Shown here piece after piece: positions 39,009 to 49,492 of a stretch of 64,000 nt of DNA. The notes beneath the pieces were generated by a model that searched no databases, was not told the DNA's origin, and worked only from the letters and a program-made list of their open reading frames with translations. Location of the stretch: positions 62,001-126,000 of the forward strand of contig DATMBG010000058.1 in the NCBI GenBank assembly GCA_035559535.1, given 5' to 3'. A program made the position numbers and the translations under genes. The first letter of the stretch is position 1. Each line of letters opens with the position of its first letter. Source of the DNA: Candidatus Limnocylindrales bacterium. Lineage in GTDB: Bacteria; Moduliflexota; Moduliflexia; Moduliflexales; JAUQPW01.

Positions 39009-40004
39009 TTACTCCAGCCCCAAAAGCCTGGCCGGATTTTTTCGGACCATCAGATCGATTTCCTCCCTTGTAATACCTTCCTTCAACAACCCTTCTATAA
39101 AGGCCCGTAACCCATCGGGATGAATAGGATTCATGGCCTGGCCTAAATCAGAAGATAGGATGTAATATTGAGCCCCAACGGTTTTGATTGCCCTGGCTAT
39201 GTCAGATAAAGGAACATGGCTCCAATTTCGCATCCAGGCCTGATGGGCTTGAGGACCCATGAGGGTTCCAATAAAAGCATGCTCCATGTAGCCGCCCATC
39301 CGGGCTACTTCCTTCATGTCTTCCAGGGAAAGTCGAACCGGATCTTGCATGGCATGGGTAACCAGAATTTTCTTAACCCCCATCTCCCTGGCCACCGGAA
39401 TGAGGGTTAAAATTTCTTTGGCCGAACTATGCCCCATTTCCAGTATCAGATTGTTTTCAGCAATAATTTTAAAGACTTCCAGAAGTTCAGGAACCGGTTT
39501 TCCGTTCTCGTCCAATAGATTAACCCCCTTTCGGTTTTCCTTAAAGAACTGAATATGGTTGACAGCATCCAGGGTCGGAAGCCACACTACCTTACCCCGC
39601 TGACCGGTAAAATTAACCATTCGCCGAACGGCTTCCGGGTTTATCCCACCTACGGCCTTATTCAAAACTATCCCGCCGAAAACCTCTATACCCGGAACAA
39701 TTTTTTGAGCGATATAGGCCCGATCTGCCGTCATGGTCAGATGATTCTTTAGTACAATGGCCCGCATTTTGTACTCCCTTGCCTTTGCTGCGATTTCAAT
39801 ATCGTCAATACTTCTGGCCGATTCATCAGGAGCAGAGTGTACATGGAAATCGATGGCTCCCTCCAAAGGATTGCCCTGAAGACTCGGTGGAAAAACCCCT
39901 TGAGCAGAACTTAACCGGCTAACCAGGCTTAATAGAAGTATGCCCCCTATGCATCCAAAAAATAAACGTTTTGTCATGGCATTGTATCTGAAAGTGTTTC
40001 CCAC
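39009..40004 (-). CDS. Exported amidohydrolase-fold metalloprotein (DUF6282-like)
   Basis: Signal peptide; motifs DFHVHSAPD, LKNH, MGH, VTH, SSDLGQ, NPARLLGL. Confidence 0.75.
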   Translation of the reverse strand: MGNTFRYNAMTKRLFFGCIGGILLLSLVSRLSSAQGVFPPSLQGNPLEGAIDFHVHSAPDESARSIDDIEIAAKAREYKMRAIVLKNHLTMTADRAYIAQKIVPGIEVFGGIVLNKAVGGINPEAVRRMVNFTGQRGKVVWLPTLDAVNHIQFFKENRKGVNLLDENGKPVPELLEVFKIIAENNLILEMGHSSAKEILTLIPVAREMGVKKILVTHAMQDPVRLSLEDMKEVARMGGYMEHAFIGTLMGPQAHQAWMRNWSHVPLSDIARAIKTVGAQYYILSSDLGQAMNPIHPDGLRAFIEGLLKEGITREEIDLMVRKNPARLLGLE

Positions 40005-40250
40005 AATGATGCAAAGGATTTCATAGTCTAAAATCCAGGGGTTCCTTTTCGTTACCTTAGAATAAAATTTGCATCTTTGTGAGAAAAATCAGGTTTGATT
40101 CAAATTGGTAGACGTTAATTTGAAAAATTCTCCCTTGCAAAATGGGAAAACTCCTATCAACAGTTAACGCAACTTTATCCTTCAGTCAAATAAAATCCTT
40201 GACTACTTAAGAGGATGGTATAAACTCGTCCTTCAGGAGGTAAATTATCT

Positions 40251-41984
40251 ATGCCAGTGCCAAGGAAACTCGGGGAAATCTTAGTCGAAGAGGGACTTAT
40301 CACCGCAGATCATTTAAATCAGGCCCTTGAAAGACAAAAAGAAACCGGGCGGCAACTCGGTGCCATTTTAATAGAAATGGGCTTTTTAAAGAAAGAAGAA
40401 TTATTAACCTGTTTAAAGGAAAGGTTTGGGATCTCCTCTGCAAATCTTGATTCGGTATCCTTTATTGAACCGAACCTTCTTAAATTAATTCCCCGGGATA
40501 CCGCTGAAAAATATGTAGCGATCCCTTTGGAACTCAAGAATCGAAAGTTAGTGGTAGCCATGGCAGATCCTTTAAATATGGCAGATATAGATGACATTCA
40601 ATTCAGAACCGGTTACAGTACTATACCGGTTTTTGCTTTTGAGTCCGATCTAAGAAAGGCGATAAATAAATTTTACAGTCAAAGTGAAAAGCAGACCCCA
40701 GAAGTCGGTAAATTGTCAGGAGGAACCGTATCGGACTTAGAAAGCAAGGAGATCTATGGAGAAACCGATGAAATTGAAGGAACTTCTTCTACTGAAGAAG
40801 AAATAGAAGTGATCTCTTTGATGGAGCTGGATTCTCCTATCAATAAATTTTTACATGGTATCTTTAGCACGGCGGTTCAAAATCATGTTGATGAAATTCA
40901 CATGGAGTTTTACCCGGATGGAGGTCGTGTACGGTACCGAATGGATAATGTCTTGTATGAAGTGCTGGGATCCAGCCGGCCTGCGAAAAGTGCTTTGTTA
41001 AATCGATTAAAGCGATTGCTGGGATTAGAAGCCCTGGTGAAGTCCGATTTCCAGAAAAAATATGTCAAGCTTAAACTCGGAGATCATTTTCCTCTACTAG
41101 ATCTTTCTGTGTTTTCTTGCCCTTTGGACGGGGGAGAGAAGATTTTGTTCAAATTAAAGAATAGATCCTCTCCTCTAAATTTAGACCGATTGGGTCTGGA
41201 AGCCTCTACGGTCAAGAATTTACAAGAAATCCTTAGAAAACCTACGGGATGTACGCTGGTTACCGGACCGATTCGAAGTGGAAAAATGACTACCCTCTAT
41301 ACCTTACTCTGCCTGGCAACACCTCCAGAACTTAACAAGATGACCTTAGAAGATGCCACAGCCTATTCTCTAAAAGGGGTTAACCAGATTATGGTATCCC
41401 CGGAAGAGGGATTTACTTACCTTACAGGCCTTCAATTTATCAAGGCTCATCTGCCGGATTTGATCATGATCGATACCTTAAGGGATCCGGAGTTGGCAGA
41501 TAAAGCCTTTGATCTGGCGGCAGAAACCCGTTTGATGAGTTCTTTGGGAGCTCTGGATACCACCCAGGCCATCATGAGACTTCTTACCTACCTGCCGGCT
41601 GCTAAGCTGGCTAATAACCTTAATTGTGTGATTGCTCAAAGGTTGGTTCGTAAGATTTGTGGAAATTGTAAGGAGCCTATCATTTTGTCTGAGTCGAATA
41701 TGGAGAGGCTCGGCTTTACCCCCCAGGATACCTGCTATACCGGAAAAGGATGTGCCAGTTGCGGTTATACCGGATATCAAGGAGTTACCGGAATTTTTGA
41801 AGTCTTATGGTGCTCGGATAACATCCGAAGGCTGATAATCAACGAATGCAGCGCAGAGGAGTTGAAAACGGCAGCCATACAAGAGGGAATGTCTACCTTA
41901 CGAAAGAGTGGCTTGGAAAAAGTTAAACAGGGTATCACCACGCTGAACGAAGTGATACGATCCACACTTCGCTCCGCCGTGTAA
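40251..41984 (+). CDS. PilB/GspE-family protein with MshEN domain and degenerate ATPase motifs
   Basis: RKLGEILVEEGLIT..ALERQ..RQLGAIL; VAMADP; Walker A GPIRSGKMTT; AQRLVRKIC; CxxC pairs. Confidence 0.85.
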   Translation: MPVPRKLGEILVEEGLITADHLNQALERQKETGRQLGAILIEMGFLKKEELLTCLKERFGISSANLDSVSFIEPNLLKLIPRDTAEKYVAIPLELKNRKLVVAMADPLNMADIDDIQFRTGYSTIPVFAFESDLRKAINKFYSQSEKQTPEVGKLSGGTVSDLESKEIYGETDEIEGTSSTEEEIEVISLMELDSPINKFLHGIFSTAVQNHVDEIHMEFYPDGGRVRYRMDNVLYEVLGSSRPAKSALLNRLKRLLGLEALVKSDFQKKYVKLKLGDHFPLLDLSVFSCPLDGGEKILFKLKNRSSPLNLDRLGLEASTVKNLQEILRKPTGCTLVTGPIRSGKMTTLYTLLCLATPPELNKMTLEDATAYSLKGVNQIMVSPEEGFTYLTGLQFIKAHLPDLIMIDTLRDPELADKAFDLAAETRLMSSLGALDTTQAIMRLLTYLPAAKLANNLNCVIAQRLVRKICGNCKEPIILSESNMERLGFTPQDTCYTGKGCASCGYTGYQGVTGIFEVLWCSDNIRRLIINECSAEELKTAAIQEGMSTLRKSGLEKVKQGITTLNEVIRSTLRSAV

Positions 41985-41992
41985 AGGGATTT

Positions 41993-43849
41993 ATGAACGA
42001 AAAAACCATCAAGATTTTATTGGAAGAAGCTGCCCTTACTCCGGAACAACTGGCTCAGGTACGAGAAGAGCAGAGAAGATCTGGAACGAGTCTTCAGATT
42101 ACTCTGGATAAAATCGGGCTCGGAGAGGAAAAGATCGTAAAAATTTTAAGTGAGAAATTCCGTATTCCCATGGTGGATTGGTCCAACGTACAAATAAATC
42201 CCGAAGTTTTAAGTATCGTACCGGAAGAAAAAGCAAGGAAATATTTGGTATTTCCCCTGTCTGTGGAGCGCATGGAACGACGACAAGGCCGGATCACCCT
42301 GGCCATGGTGGATCCCCTGGATCTCGCCACACTTACCGAAATCAGCTTCATGACTGGCTGTAATATCAAACCCCTGATCGCCTCAGAATCTTCTATTCTG
42401 AATGCCATCAAGAAATACTATGGGATGGTAAGTGAAAAGATCGAAAGTCCGGAAGAAAAGGAATCCGGCGGACCTATGGGGATAGGTTTGAAGCCCTCCG
42501 TCCTGGGAGAAGAAAAAGCCTCTCCCATTAAAGGGATTGAAGAATTACGTACCCTGGCCAAAGATCTTGCAGGATCTATAGAATCCCTGGAGGAGAAAGA
42601 AGAAGTCATTCCGGCAGGACCAGAAAACCAGGCGGATAAGTGGCTTGTTCAGATTTTAACCCAGGCCTTTAAAAAGGGGGTCAGCGAAGTCCATCTGGAT
42701 CCCCACGAACGGGGCTTGACGGCTCGCTATCGTATAGACGGTATTTTATATAACTTCGGAGAATCTCCCCCAGGACTGAAAAAAGCCGTTATTTCCGCTT
42801 TGAAACAACGGGGTCAAATCACGGTACCTACCGATAAAGTACCTTATCAAGGGGATCTTATCCTTAAACTGGACTCAAAGGAAAAAGTGGAATTTCTCGT
42901 TTCTATGTGCCCCACTTTTTATGGAGAAAAAATTACCTTAAAAACAAAAAAGAAGGCCACAGATTTGCTGGATGTGACCAGATTGGGGTTTGAAGAAAAT
43001 ACTTTAAAAATGTTTCTTAAACTCCTGGATGTTCCCGATGGTCTCATTTTAATTACCAGCCCCCTGAATGGAGGGAAAACCACGACTTTCTATGCCATCC
43101 TTCAATATCTCAATCGTCCCCATCTAAATATCGTAACGCTTGAAGATATGATCGAGTACTCTATCATGGGAATCAACCAGAGTTACCTGGAAAATCCAGA
43201 AAAGATCCGAGAAAAAGCTTTCCAATTGATGGATTATCATCCAGATGTGTTTGGGATAGGGGAAATTCTCAATAAAGAAGCGGCTCGAATCGCCTTAGAT
43301 CTTTCCTCTCAAACCCTGGTCCTTGCCACCTTAACGGCCTCCGATACCGCCAGTGCCCTCCTCCAGTTCTTTTCCCTGGTAGAACCTCGTACCAACTGGG
43401 AGCGAAGTTTGGTCCTGGATTCCATTAATTGCATTGTTTCTCAGCGGCTTGTTCGACAAATCTGTCCCACCTGTAAAGAGGAACTAAAACCCCAAGGAAA
43501 TACCTCTGGATTTAACAAACTCACCCTGGGCTTATCGACTTCTTCGGAAATACCTAACCCAGGAATCCCCCCAGGTCCCTCTGAAAAAGAAAGTAGTATA
43601 CCTTCCTTTTATAAAGGAAAAGGATGTGCAAACTGCTATCAAACAGGTTACAAAGGCCTGACCGGTCTTTTTGAAATTATGAGAATCACCCGAGAAATTA
43701 AAGATATGGTTCTCTCAGAACCTTTAACCGGTAACCTGAGAAAAATTCTACGGGACCTGAAAATGACTACCCTGGAAAAAAGTGGGATGCAAAAGATAAA
43801 AAATGGAATAACCTCCTTTGAAGAGATTAAACGGGTACTGGCCTGGTAA
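41993..43849 (+). CDS. Second PilB/GspE-family protein with degenerate motifs
   Basis: LAMVDP, RYRIDGIL, SPLNGGKTTT, TLEDMIEY, GEILN, SQRLVRQIC, CANC, GLFE. Confidence 0.85.
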   Translation: MNEKTIKILLEEAALTPEQLAQVREEQRRSGTSLQITLDKIGLGEEKIVKILSEKFRIPMVDWSNVQINPEVLSIVPEEKARKYLVFPLSVERMERRQGRITLAMVDPLDLATLTEISFMTGCNIKPLIASESSILNAIKKYYGMVSEKIESPEEKESGGPMGIGLKPSVLGEEKASPIKGIEELRTLAKDLAGSIESLEEKEEVIPAGPENQADKWLVQILTQAFKKGVSEVHLDPHERGLTARYRIDGILYNFGESPPGLKKAVISALKQRGQITVPTDKVPYQGDLILKLDSKEKVEFLVSMCPTFYGEKITLKTKKKATDLLDVTRLGFEENTLKMFLKLLDVPDGLILITSPLNGGKTTTFYAILQYLNRPHLNIVTLEDMIEYSIMGINQSYLENPEKIREKAFQLMDYHPDVFGIGEILNKEAARIALDLSSQTLVLATLTASDTASALLQFFSLVEPRTNWERSLVLDSINCIVSQRLVRQICPTCKEELKPQGNTSGFNKLTLGLSTSSEIPNPGIPPGPSEKESSIPSFYKGKGCANCYQTGYKGLTGLFEIMRITREIKDMVLSEPLTGNLRKILRDLKMTTLEKSGMQKIKNGITSFEEIKRVLAW

Positions 43850-43994
43850 AGGGTGAAAATACTCTGACCGGCCACAAAGACCTGAGAGGTAATAAAAGTT
43901 GAGAAAATTTTTACTCTGGTAAACCTGTGGTTCTTGAGGTTAGTATAAAGTATTAAACCCAAATATTCCATTTTCTTTTGTTGATGTTTGCTTT

Positions 43995-45881
43995 ATGAAC
44001 GACCCCTCTAATAAGTTCTCTAATCTCATTCATCCTCTTTCATTGGGATCGCCTTCTGCTAAAGCGAAGGAAGAGATCGAAGACCTTAAAAGCTATCTAG
44101 AAGTCTCGAGGGATTTTCAAAATGACAAGGAAGTTGATCTGATAAAGGAAATTCTCCTTCTCCTGGAAAAGGCCATTAAAGTCTGTCAGATTTATCATTC
44201 CGGTCATCCCACCTATCAGAAGTTTATCGAACTGCTTGGAAAACGCTTCGAAGTCTGTCAGACCCACATTGACCCCATCGTCCTTCGTATAGAGCAATTT
44301 GAGATTATTTTCGAAGATGAGGTGGTTTATAAAAATTCCGATAAAAACGTGAGTGTGGCCTTCAAGCTCTTCAAAGATGGCATCACCTTCCTGTCCTTTT
44401 ACAAAGGACTTACCCAACAGGAAATCGTAGAGTTTGTCGGCGCTTTAGCCTTAGCTTCCAGGGATGAAAATAAAAGTGAGGATCTTCTGACCCTCTTCTG
44501 GGAGAAGGATTTCGAACATATTGCCTATCAAGTTATAGATCATTTTATTGAAACGGAATTGGCCGATAATGAGGAATATAAGGCTTTCATTGAAAAACTT
44601 AATTCAGAGTCAGGAGTTGACTTGAAGACCATCCCTCCAGAAGACCTGAGATCCGATGAGCCGACCGAAATAGCTCTGGAGTTCGGTTTTTCCCCGGAGA
44701 TATTCCTTCAACCCCTCCCGGATTCCTCGGATTGGAAGAAAGAAGAACTGATTCCTCTTACTCAATCGGATTTAGAAGAGATAAAGAAAATTAAAGAGCA
44801 GATAAATACCGAAACCCCCCTCAATCTGGTTTATAAGATGACGGCCATTCTTTTTGAGGTTCTCCACTTGAGGAAAGGCCTATCCGAGTATAAAGAAATT
44901 CTAAATGTTTTAGAAAAAATCGTCGAACCGCTGGTCGCTCACGGTAATTTTTTCTCAGCCAGTGAAATCCTTCAAAAACTAAGAAGAGAAATCATCCCCT
45001 TGGCAACCCAGCTCTCTCCGGAGCATTTAAAACTCGTCCAGGATGTTATAGATCGTATAGGGAACCTGCAAGGGATAAACCGGGTTGAGATGGGGTTGAA
45101 GTCCCTTCACCCGGATCGATTAGGATGGGTCCTGGATTTTCTAACCCTTCTCAGCCCCCAGGCGATTCCTTATCTGGCCGGTTTATTAAAGAAAGTTCGC
45201 GACTCCCGGGTTCAAAAAGTTCTTTACGAGGCTATCCTGGCCTTAGGACGGGAGAATATTTCCATGCTGTTGACCGCTCTGGAGACCGGAGCCCTTCCCA
45301 TGACTTCAGAAATCGTCTCCCTGATTTTAGAGCAACAAAAAACAACAGAAGAACATAGAGAAGAATGGGTACGCCTGACCCATCTTGCCCTTCATAAAGA
45401 TCCTAAAGTTCGAGAAAGCCTGGCAGATGTTTTAGGTAAATTGCCTCACCCCATGTCGGGTTCTTTATTGCTAAAGCTTCTTCAAGACCCTGATCCGGGA
45501 GTTCGAAGCCGGGCTTTAACCAGCCTATCCCATTTCCATGATGACAAAATAGCCGCAGGACTCTTAAAAATCATCATTCGGAAGGATTTCAATACGAAAC
45601 CTTTTGCGGAAAAAAAAGAATTTTTCAAGGCCTTAGGAAATCAGAAATCGATTAGAACGATTCCTATCTTACGCAAAATTCTTCAAAGGGAAGAGAGGTG
45701 GTTCAACCTGGGGAAATATGATGAAGTAAGGCTAGGCGCCACTCTGGCCCTGGGTATATTAGGGGCGCAAGAAGGACCCCTGGCCCTGGCAGCCCGGGAA
45801 GCCTTGAAGGAAGGAACACAATCTCGAAGGAAAATAGTGAGAGAAGCCTGTGAAAAAATTTTGAAAAAAATCGGCTCTTAG
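43995..45881 (+). CDS. HEAT-repeat protein
   Basis: C-terminal repeats DPKVRESLADVLG and LLQDPDPGVRSRAL; helical N-terminal domain. Confidence 0.75.
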   Translation: MNDPSNKFSNLIHPLSLGSPSAKAKEEIEDLKSYLEVSRDFQNDKEVDLIKEILLLLEKAIKVCQIYHSGHPTYQKFIELLGKRFEVCQTHIDPIVLRIEQFEIIFEDEVVYKNSDKNVSVAFKLFKDGITFLSFYKGLTQQEIVEFVGALALASRDENKSEDLLTLFWEKDFEHIAYQVIDHFIETELADNEEYKAFIEKLNSESGVDLKTIPPEDLRSDEPTEIALEFGFSPEIFLQPLPDSSDWKKEELIPLTQSDLEEIKKIKEQINTETPLNLVYKMTAILFEVLHLRKGLSEYKEILNVLEKIVEPLVAHGNFFSASEILQKLRREIIPLATQLSPEHLKLVQDVIDRIGNLQGINRVEMGLKSLHPDRLGWVLDFLTLLSPQAIPYLAGLLKKVRDSRVQKVLYEAILALGRENISMLLTALETGALPMTSEIVSLILEQQKTTEEHREEWVRLTHLALHKDPKVRESLADVLGKLPHPMSGSLLLKLLQDPDPGVRSRALTSLSHFHDDKIAAGLLKIIIRKDFNTKPFAEKKEFFKALGNQKSIRTIPILRKILQREERWFNLGKYDEVRLGATLALGILGAQEGPLALAAREALKEGTQSRRKIVREACEKILKKIGS

Positions 45882-45935
45882 TAATTAACAAAGACTTATT
45901 ATCGATTGTTAATTAGGAGGGGCTGATGGTTCATC

Positions 45936-47384
45936 GTGAATAAACCTACAACCTCGACTTTTCTGCCCGGAGAACTGGAAAAGCTTACGGAAAGGCAAAT
46001 CGGTAAATTCGGAATAACTTTTATCCTCCAGCTTTATGGCTCGCTGAAAACCATCCACCTTCACGAATTTCATCATCCTGCCGTAGGAAAATCTCTGGAA
46101 AAACTCTACAGCACCTTAACTGACTTACAAAGCAAGATTGGGGATCTTGTCCTCCAACTGGTTGACGAGTACCTCTTTCTCAATGAGATTCGACTCCCCA
46201 TCCATGCGGAAAGTTTTATGGCTTACGATGTTATAGCAAGCCGGATGAAAAGCTATCGAATAGGTGGAATGGTCTTTCTTAGAGGCGTAGATCTGGAAGA
46301 ATTAAAGAAATTTATGTATCTTTTCCTCCAGATAGATTCGCAATCCCAAGAACCTTTTAAACAACTTACCGCATCCCTGCGTAACCATGCCATCACCGGT
46401 ATCCGGCTTCTTCGACCGGAGGAGATCGCTAAAAACGTAAAATCCACTGCTGTAGATATTCGGGAGAAAGCTAAAATGGCCTACTTTCGAACTATTTTCG
46501 TTGCAAAGCAAACCGCTCAGGATGTTCTGGAAAAAGAGACCCTGAATGTAAGACGCGTGAAACGTGCCGTTCAGCCCATTGTAGATCTTGTGCTACAGGA
46601 TGAGTTTGCTTTACTGGGGTTGATGACGATTCAGAACTATGATGCCTATACTTCTAATCATTCGGTTAATGTTTCCGTTTATTCCATTATCTTAGGACAG
46701 AGGTTGGGGCTTTCCAAAAAACAATTGGGAGATTTAGGGGTTACGGCCCTCTTTCATGACATCGGGAAAACCGAAATACCCCGTAAAGTTCTCAATAAAC
46801 CTTCTAAACTAACCGACGAGGAGTGGCGTGTATTACAGGAACACCCGATTACGGCGGCTATTGCCCTGGTAAAATTGAAGGAAGTCAGTGAGTTAATCGT
46901 GAAGGCTATGATTGTAGGTTTTGAACATCATTTAAACTATGATCTCTCGGGATATCCCAAACTTACCCGACAAAGGAAACAACATCCCTTTAGCCGAATT
47001 GTAAGTATTGCTGATTGCTTTGATGCTATGACCAGTGCCCGCGTTTATAGTAAGCCTATTTCTCCGGATAATGCCCTGGCGCTCATGCTAAAAAAAAGCG
47101 GGAAAACCCATGATCCGGTCCTTTTAAAACTCTTTATCAATACCATAGGGGTTTATCCGGTAGGAACTTTGGTTCAACTTAATACCGGAGAACTCGGAAT
47201 CGTTCTTCGCACCAATCCCAGGGAAATTCTACGCCCGCAAATCAAGCTGATCCTGGATAGTCAGGGCCGTAAGTTGGATGGCGAAGTGATTAATCTGGCT
47301 GCTCAGGGAGAAACCTTCAAAAGAGACATCGTCAAGGTCCTAAACCCTACCGAGTACGGAATCAATGTATCAGATTTGATGTAG
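45936..47384 (+). CDS. HD-GYP domain protein (putative cyclic dinucleotide phosphodiesterase)
   Basis: Motifs HSVNV, FHDIGK, EHP, EHHLNYDLSGYP, IADCFDAMT, YPVGTLV. Confidence 0.88.
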   Translation: MNKPTTSTFLPGELEKLTERQIGKFGITFILQLYGSLKTIHLHEFHHPAVGKSLEKLYSTLTDLQSKIGDLVLQLVDEYLFLNEIRLPIHAESFMAYDVIASRMKSYRIGGMVFLRGVDLEELKKFMYLFLQIDSQSQEPFKQLTASLRNHAITGIRLLRPEEIAKNVKSTAVDIREKAKMAYFRTIFVAKQTAQDVLEKETLNVRRVKRAVQPIVDLVLQDEFALLGLMTIQNYDAYTSNHSVNVSVYSIILGQRLGLSKKQLGDLGVTALFHDIGKTEIPRKVLNKPSKLTDEEWRVLQEHPITAAIALVKLKEVSELIVKAMIVGFEHHLNYDLSGYPKLTRQRKQHPFSRIVSIADCFDAMTSARVYSKPISPDNALALMLKKSGKTHDPVLLKLFINTIGVYPVGTLVQLNTGELGIVLRTNPREILRPQIKLILDSQGRKLDGEVINLAAQGETFKRDIVKVLNPTEYGINVSDLM

Positions 47385-47487
47385 CTTTGTTCCTCTTTGT
47401 GCTCTGCAGGCCGGGCTATGTGCCAAAACGAAACGAATTTTAAGGACCCCTTGAGGCCGGTAGAGGCCTGGTGGATTCATAGGTAAC

Positions 47488-48846
47488 ATGAAAATTTACC
47501 GTTATGCTAAAAAAAGCGAGAATAAAAATTTCCTTGGAACCTTTTGCCTTTTATCTTTTCTTTTACTGGCTTTTTTCATCGTGGGGTTGATTTCCGCAAC
47601 TCCCTCCCCAGGCCAGAAATCCCAGGAGACTGATACCGAATCGGAACTCTTAACAAATGTGGAGGAAGTGTTCAAGGAAGTCAGTCAGATCCGAGGCCTG
47701 GAAATCAAGTATCCTATTCGGAAGGGGTTTAAATCCCAGGTAGAATTACGGGCATTTGTGCTAAAAAAGTTAGAAGAGGAGTACACCGATCAGGAAATAG
47801 CGGCTGAAACTAAAGCCATGGTTAAATGGGGGTTCTTCCCTAAGGATATACAACTTAAAGAATTACTGGTAAATCTACTGGCCGAGCAGGTAGCTGGCCT
47901 GTACGATCCCAAGGAGAAAATATTTTATATTTCCAACTGGATTCCCGGATTCCTTCAGAAACCCATCATGGCCCACGAATTGACCCATGCCCTCCAGGAT
48001 CAGTATTTCGATTTGGATCAATTTTTGCGACGTGTTAAGGATAATGATGACGAGGTTCTGGCTCGAACGGCTCTTATTGAAGGGGAAGCCCTGGCCGTCA
48101 TGATTGAATATCTCCTGAAGCCTCAAGGACTGGATTTCTCAACTTTAACGGATTTGATTCCCCGACTGAAAAACCAGATTTCCATTCTCGGAGGAGATTT
48201 AGGAGAGGGAAGTCAAATTCCTGAAATCATTAAAGAAACCCTTTTATTTCCCTATTTACAGGGAATTTCATTTGTTCAGACCTTCCGAAAATCCCACCCC
48301 TGGAAAGATTTCTCGGAAATTTATGCGGATCCCCCGGCTTCTTCAGAACAGATTCTCCATCCTGAGAAATACTTCGATGCTCGGGATCGCCCGATTCCCA
48401 TTACCTTGGAGAGCATCTCAGATCTGTTACCGAAGGACTGGAAGGAAATTTACACCAACGTATTAGGGGAGTTAGGAATTTCTATTTTGATAAAAAAGTT
48501 TGCAGGGGAAGAAATGGCCAAACTGGCTGCGGGAGGTTGGGGGGGAGACCGATACAAACTTTTAGAAGATCCAAATACAGGAAACCTGCTGCTAATTCAT
48601 TTCTCCACCTGGGATTCGCCAAAAGATGCCATGGAGTTTTTTCTGGCTTATCGGCAGGTGGTGGAAAATAAATATACTTCGGCACAACTCCTTCAATCCG
48701 AGAAGCGGAGGTATTATCTGTGGTCTACAGGGGAAGGGGAGGTGTATCTGGAAATAAAAGGAACGGATGTCCTGGTCATTGAGGGAGCCTCTGAAGACCT
48801 GCTGCCAGCCATCCAGAAAAGGTTGTGGGACAGCCGGAAAGGTTAA
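47488..48846 (+). CDS. Exported putative zincin metallopeptidase
   Basis: Signal/TM segment; motifs AGLYDP, AHELTHALQD (HExxH), EGEA, FPY, SSEQILHP, GWGGD. Confidence 0.72.
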   Translation: MKIYRYAKKSENKNFLGTFCLLSFLLLAFFIVGLISATPSPGQKSQETDTESELLTNVEEVFKEVSQIRGLEIKYPIRKGFKSQVELRAFVLKKLEEEYTDQEIAAETKAMVKWGFFPKDIQLKELLVNLLAEQVAGLYDPKEKIFYISNWIPGFLQKPIMAHELTHALQDQYFDLDQFLRRVKDNDDEVLARTALIEGEALAVMIEYLLKPQGLDFSTLTDLIPRLKNQISILGGDLGEGSQIPEIIKETLLFPYLQGISFVQTFRKSHPWKDFSEIYADPPASSEQILHPEKYFDARDRPIPITLESISDLLPKDWKEIYTNVLGELGISILIKKFAGEEMAKLAAGGWGGDRYKLLEDPNTGNLLLIHFSTWDSPKDAMEFFLAYRQVVENKYTSAQLLQSEKRRYYLWSTGEGEVYLEIKGTDVLVIEGASEDLLPAIQKRLWDSRKG

Positions 48847-48946
48847 TTTCCTTTCCGATCCTTCCTCTTTTACTCCCATATCCTTTCTCCCTTGAAACAT
48901 TTTCTTAAACTTGAATTAATTTTCGTTAATTTTTAATTTTAATTCC

Positions 48947-48975
48947 TTGACAAACATTTTTACTTATGGTATAAA
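48947..48975 (+). promoter_or_regulatory. Sigma70-type promoter for ruvX
   Basis: TTGACA-17 bp-TATAAA with extended -10 TG. Confidence 0.55.
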
Positions 48976-49030
48976 ATTTGCTATTATCAAACATCGAGCT
49001 AGAGATTTCTTTTATCCCCTTTACTCCTAG

Positions 49031-49492
49031 ATGAAAAAGGTGACGCATATGTCTAAAATATTAGGACTAGACGTTGGTGATACCAAGATAGGGATAGCTA
49101 TCAGCGATAGGCTGGGTTTCATAGCTTATGGATTTGCTATCTTAAAAAGGAGAAATATCTATGGGGACATCCAGTATATACAGAGACTTATAAGAGAGCA
49201 GCATGTAGATGAATTGGTGGTCGGACTTCCTATTAAAATGGATGGACATAAAAGTAGACAAACGGAAAAAACCCTTATCTTTACTAAACTTTTAAGGAAA
49301 CAACTCAATATTCCGGTACATACCTGGGATGAAAGATTAACCACTGTCGAGGCGATTAAAACCTTAAAATCCGGTAAGATTAGAAGAAAACAAAGGGCTC
49401 ATTTAATAGACAAGGTGGCTGCAACCATTATACTTCAAAGTTATCTGGATAGAAAAAATTATCGAAATCATCCGGTAGATGTTTCTCTTTAA
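49031..49492 (+). CDS. ruvX: YqgF/RuvX RNase H-fold nuclease
   Basis: Motifs ILGLDVG..IGIAISD, VVGLP, WDERLTT, IDKVAATIILQSYLD. Confidence 0.93.
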   Translation: MKKVTHMSKILGLDVGDTKIGIAISDRLGFIAYGFAILKRRNIYGDIQYIQRLIREQHVDELVVGLPIKMDGHKSRQTEKTLIFTKLLRKQLNIPVHTWDERLTTVEAIKTLKSGKIRRKQRAHLIDKVAATIILQSYLDRKNYRNHPVDVSL

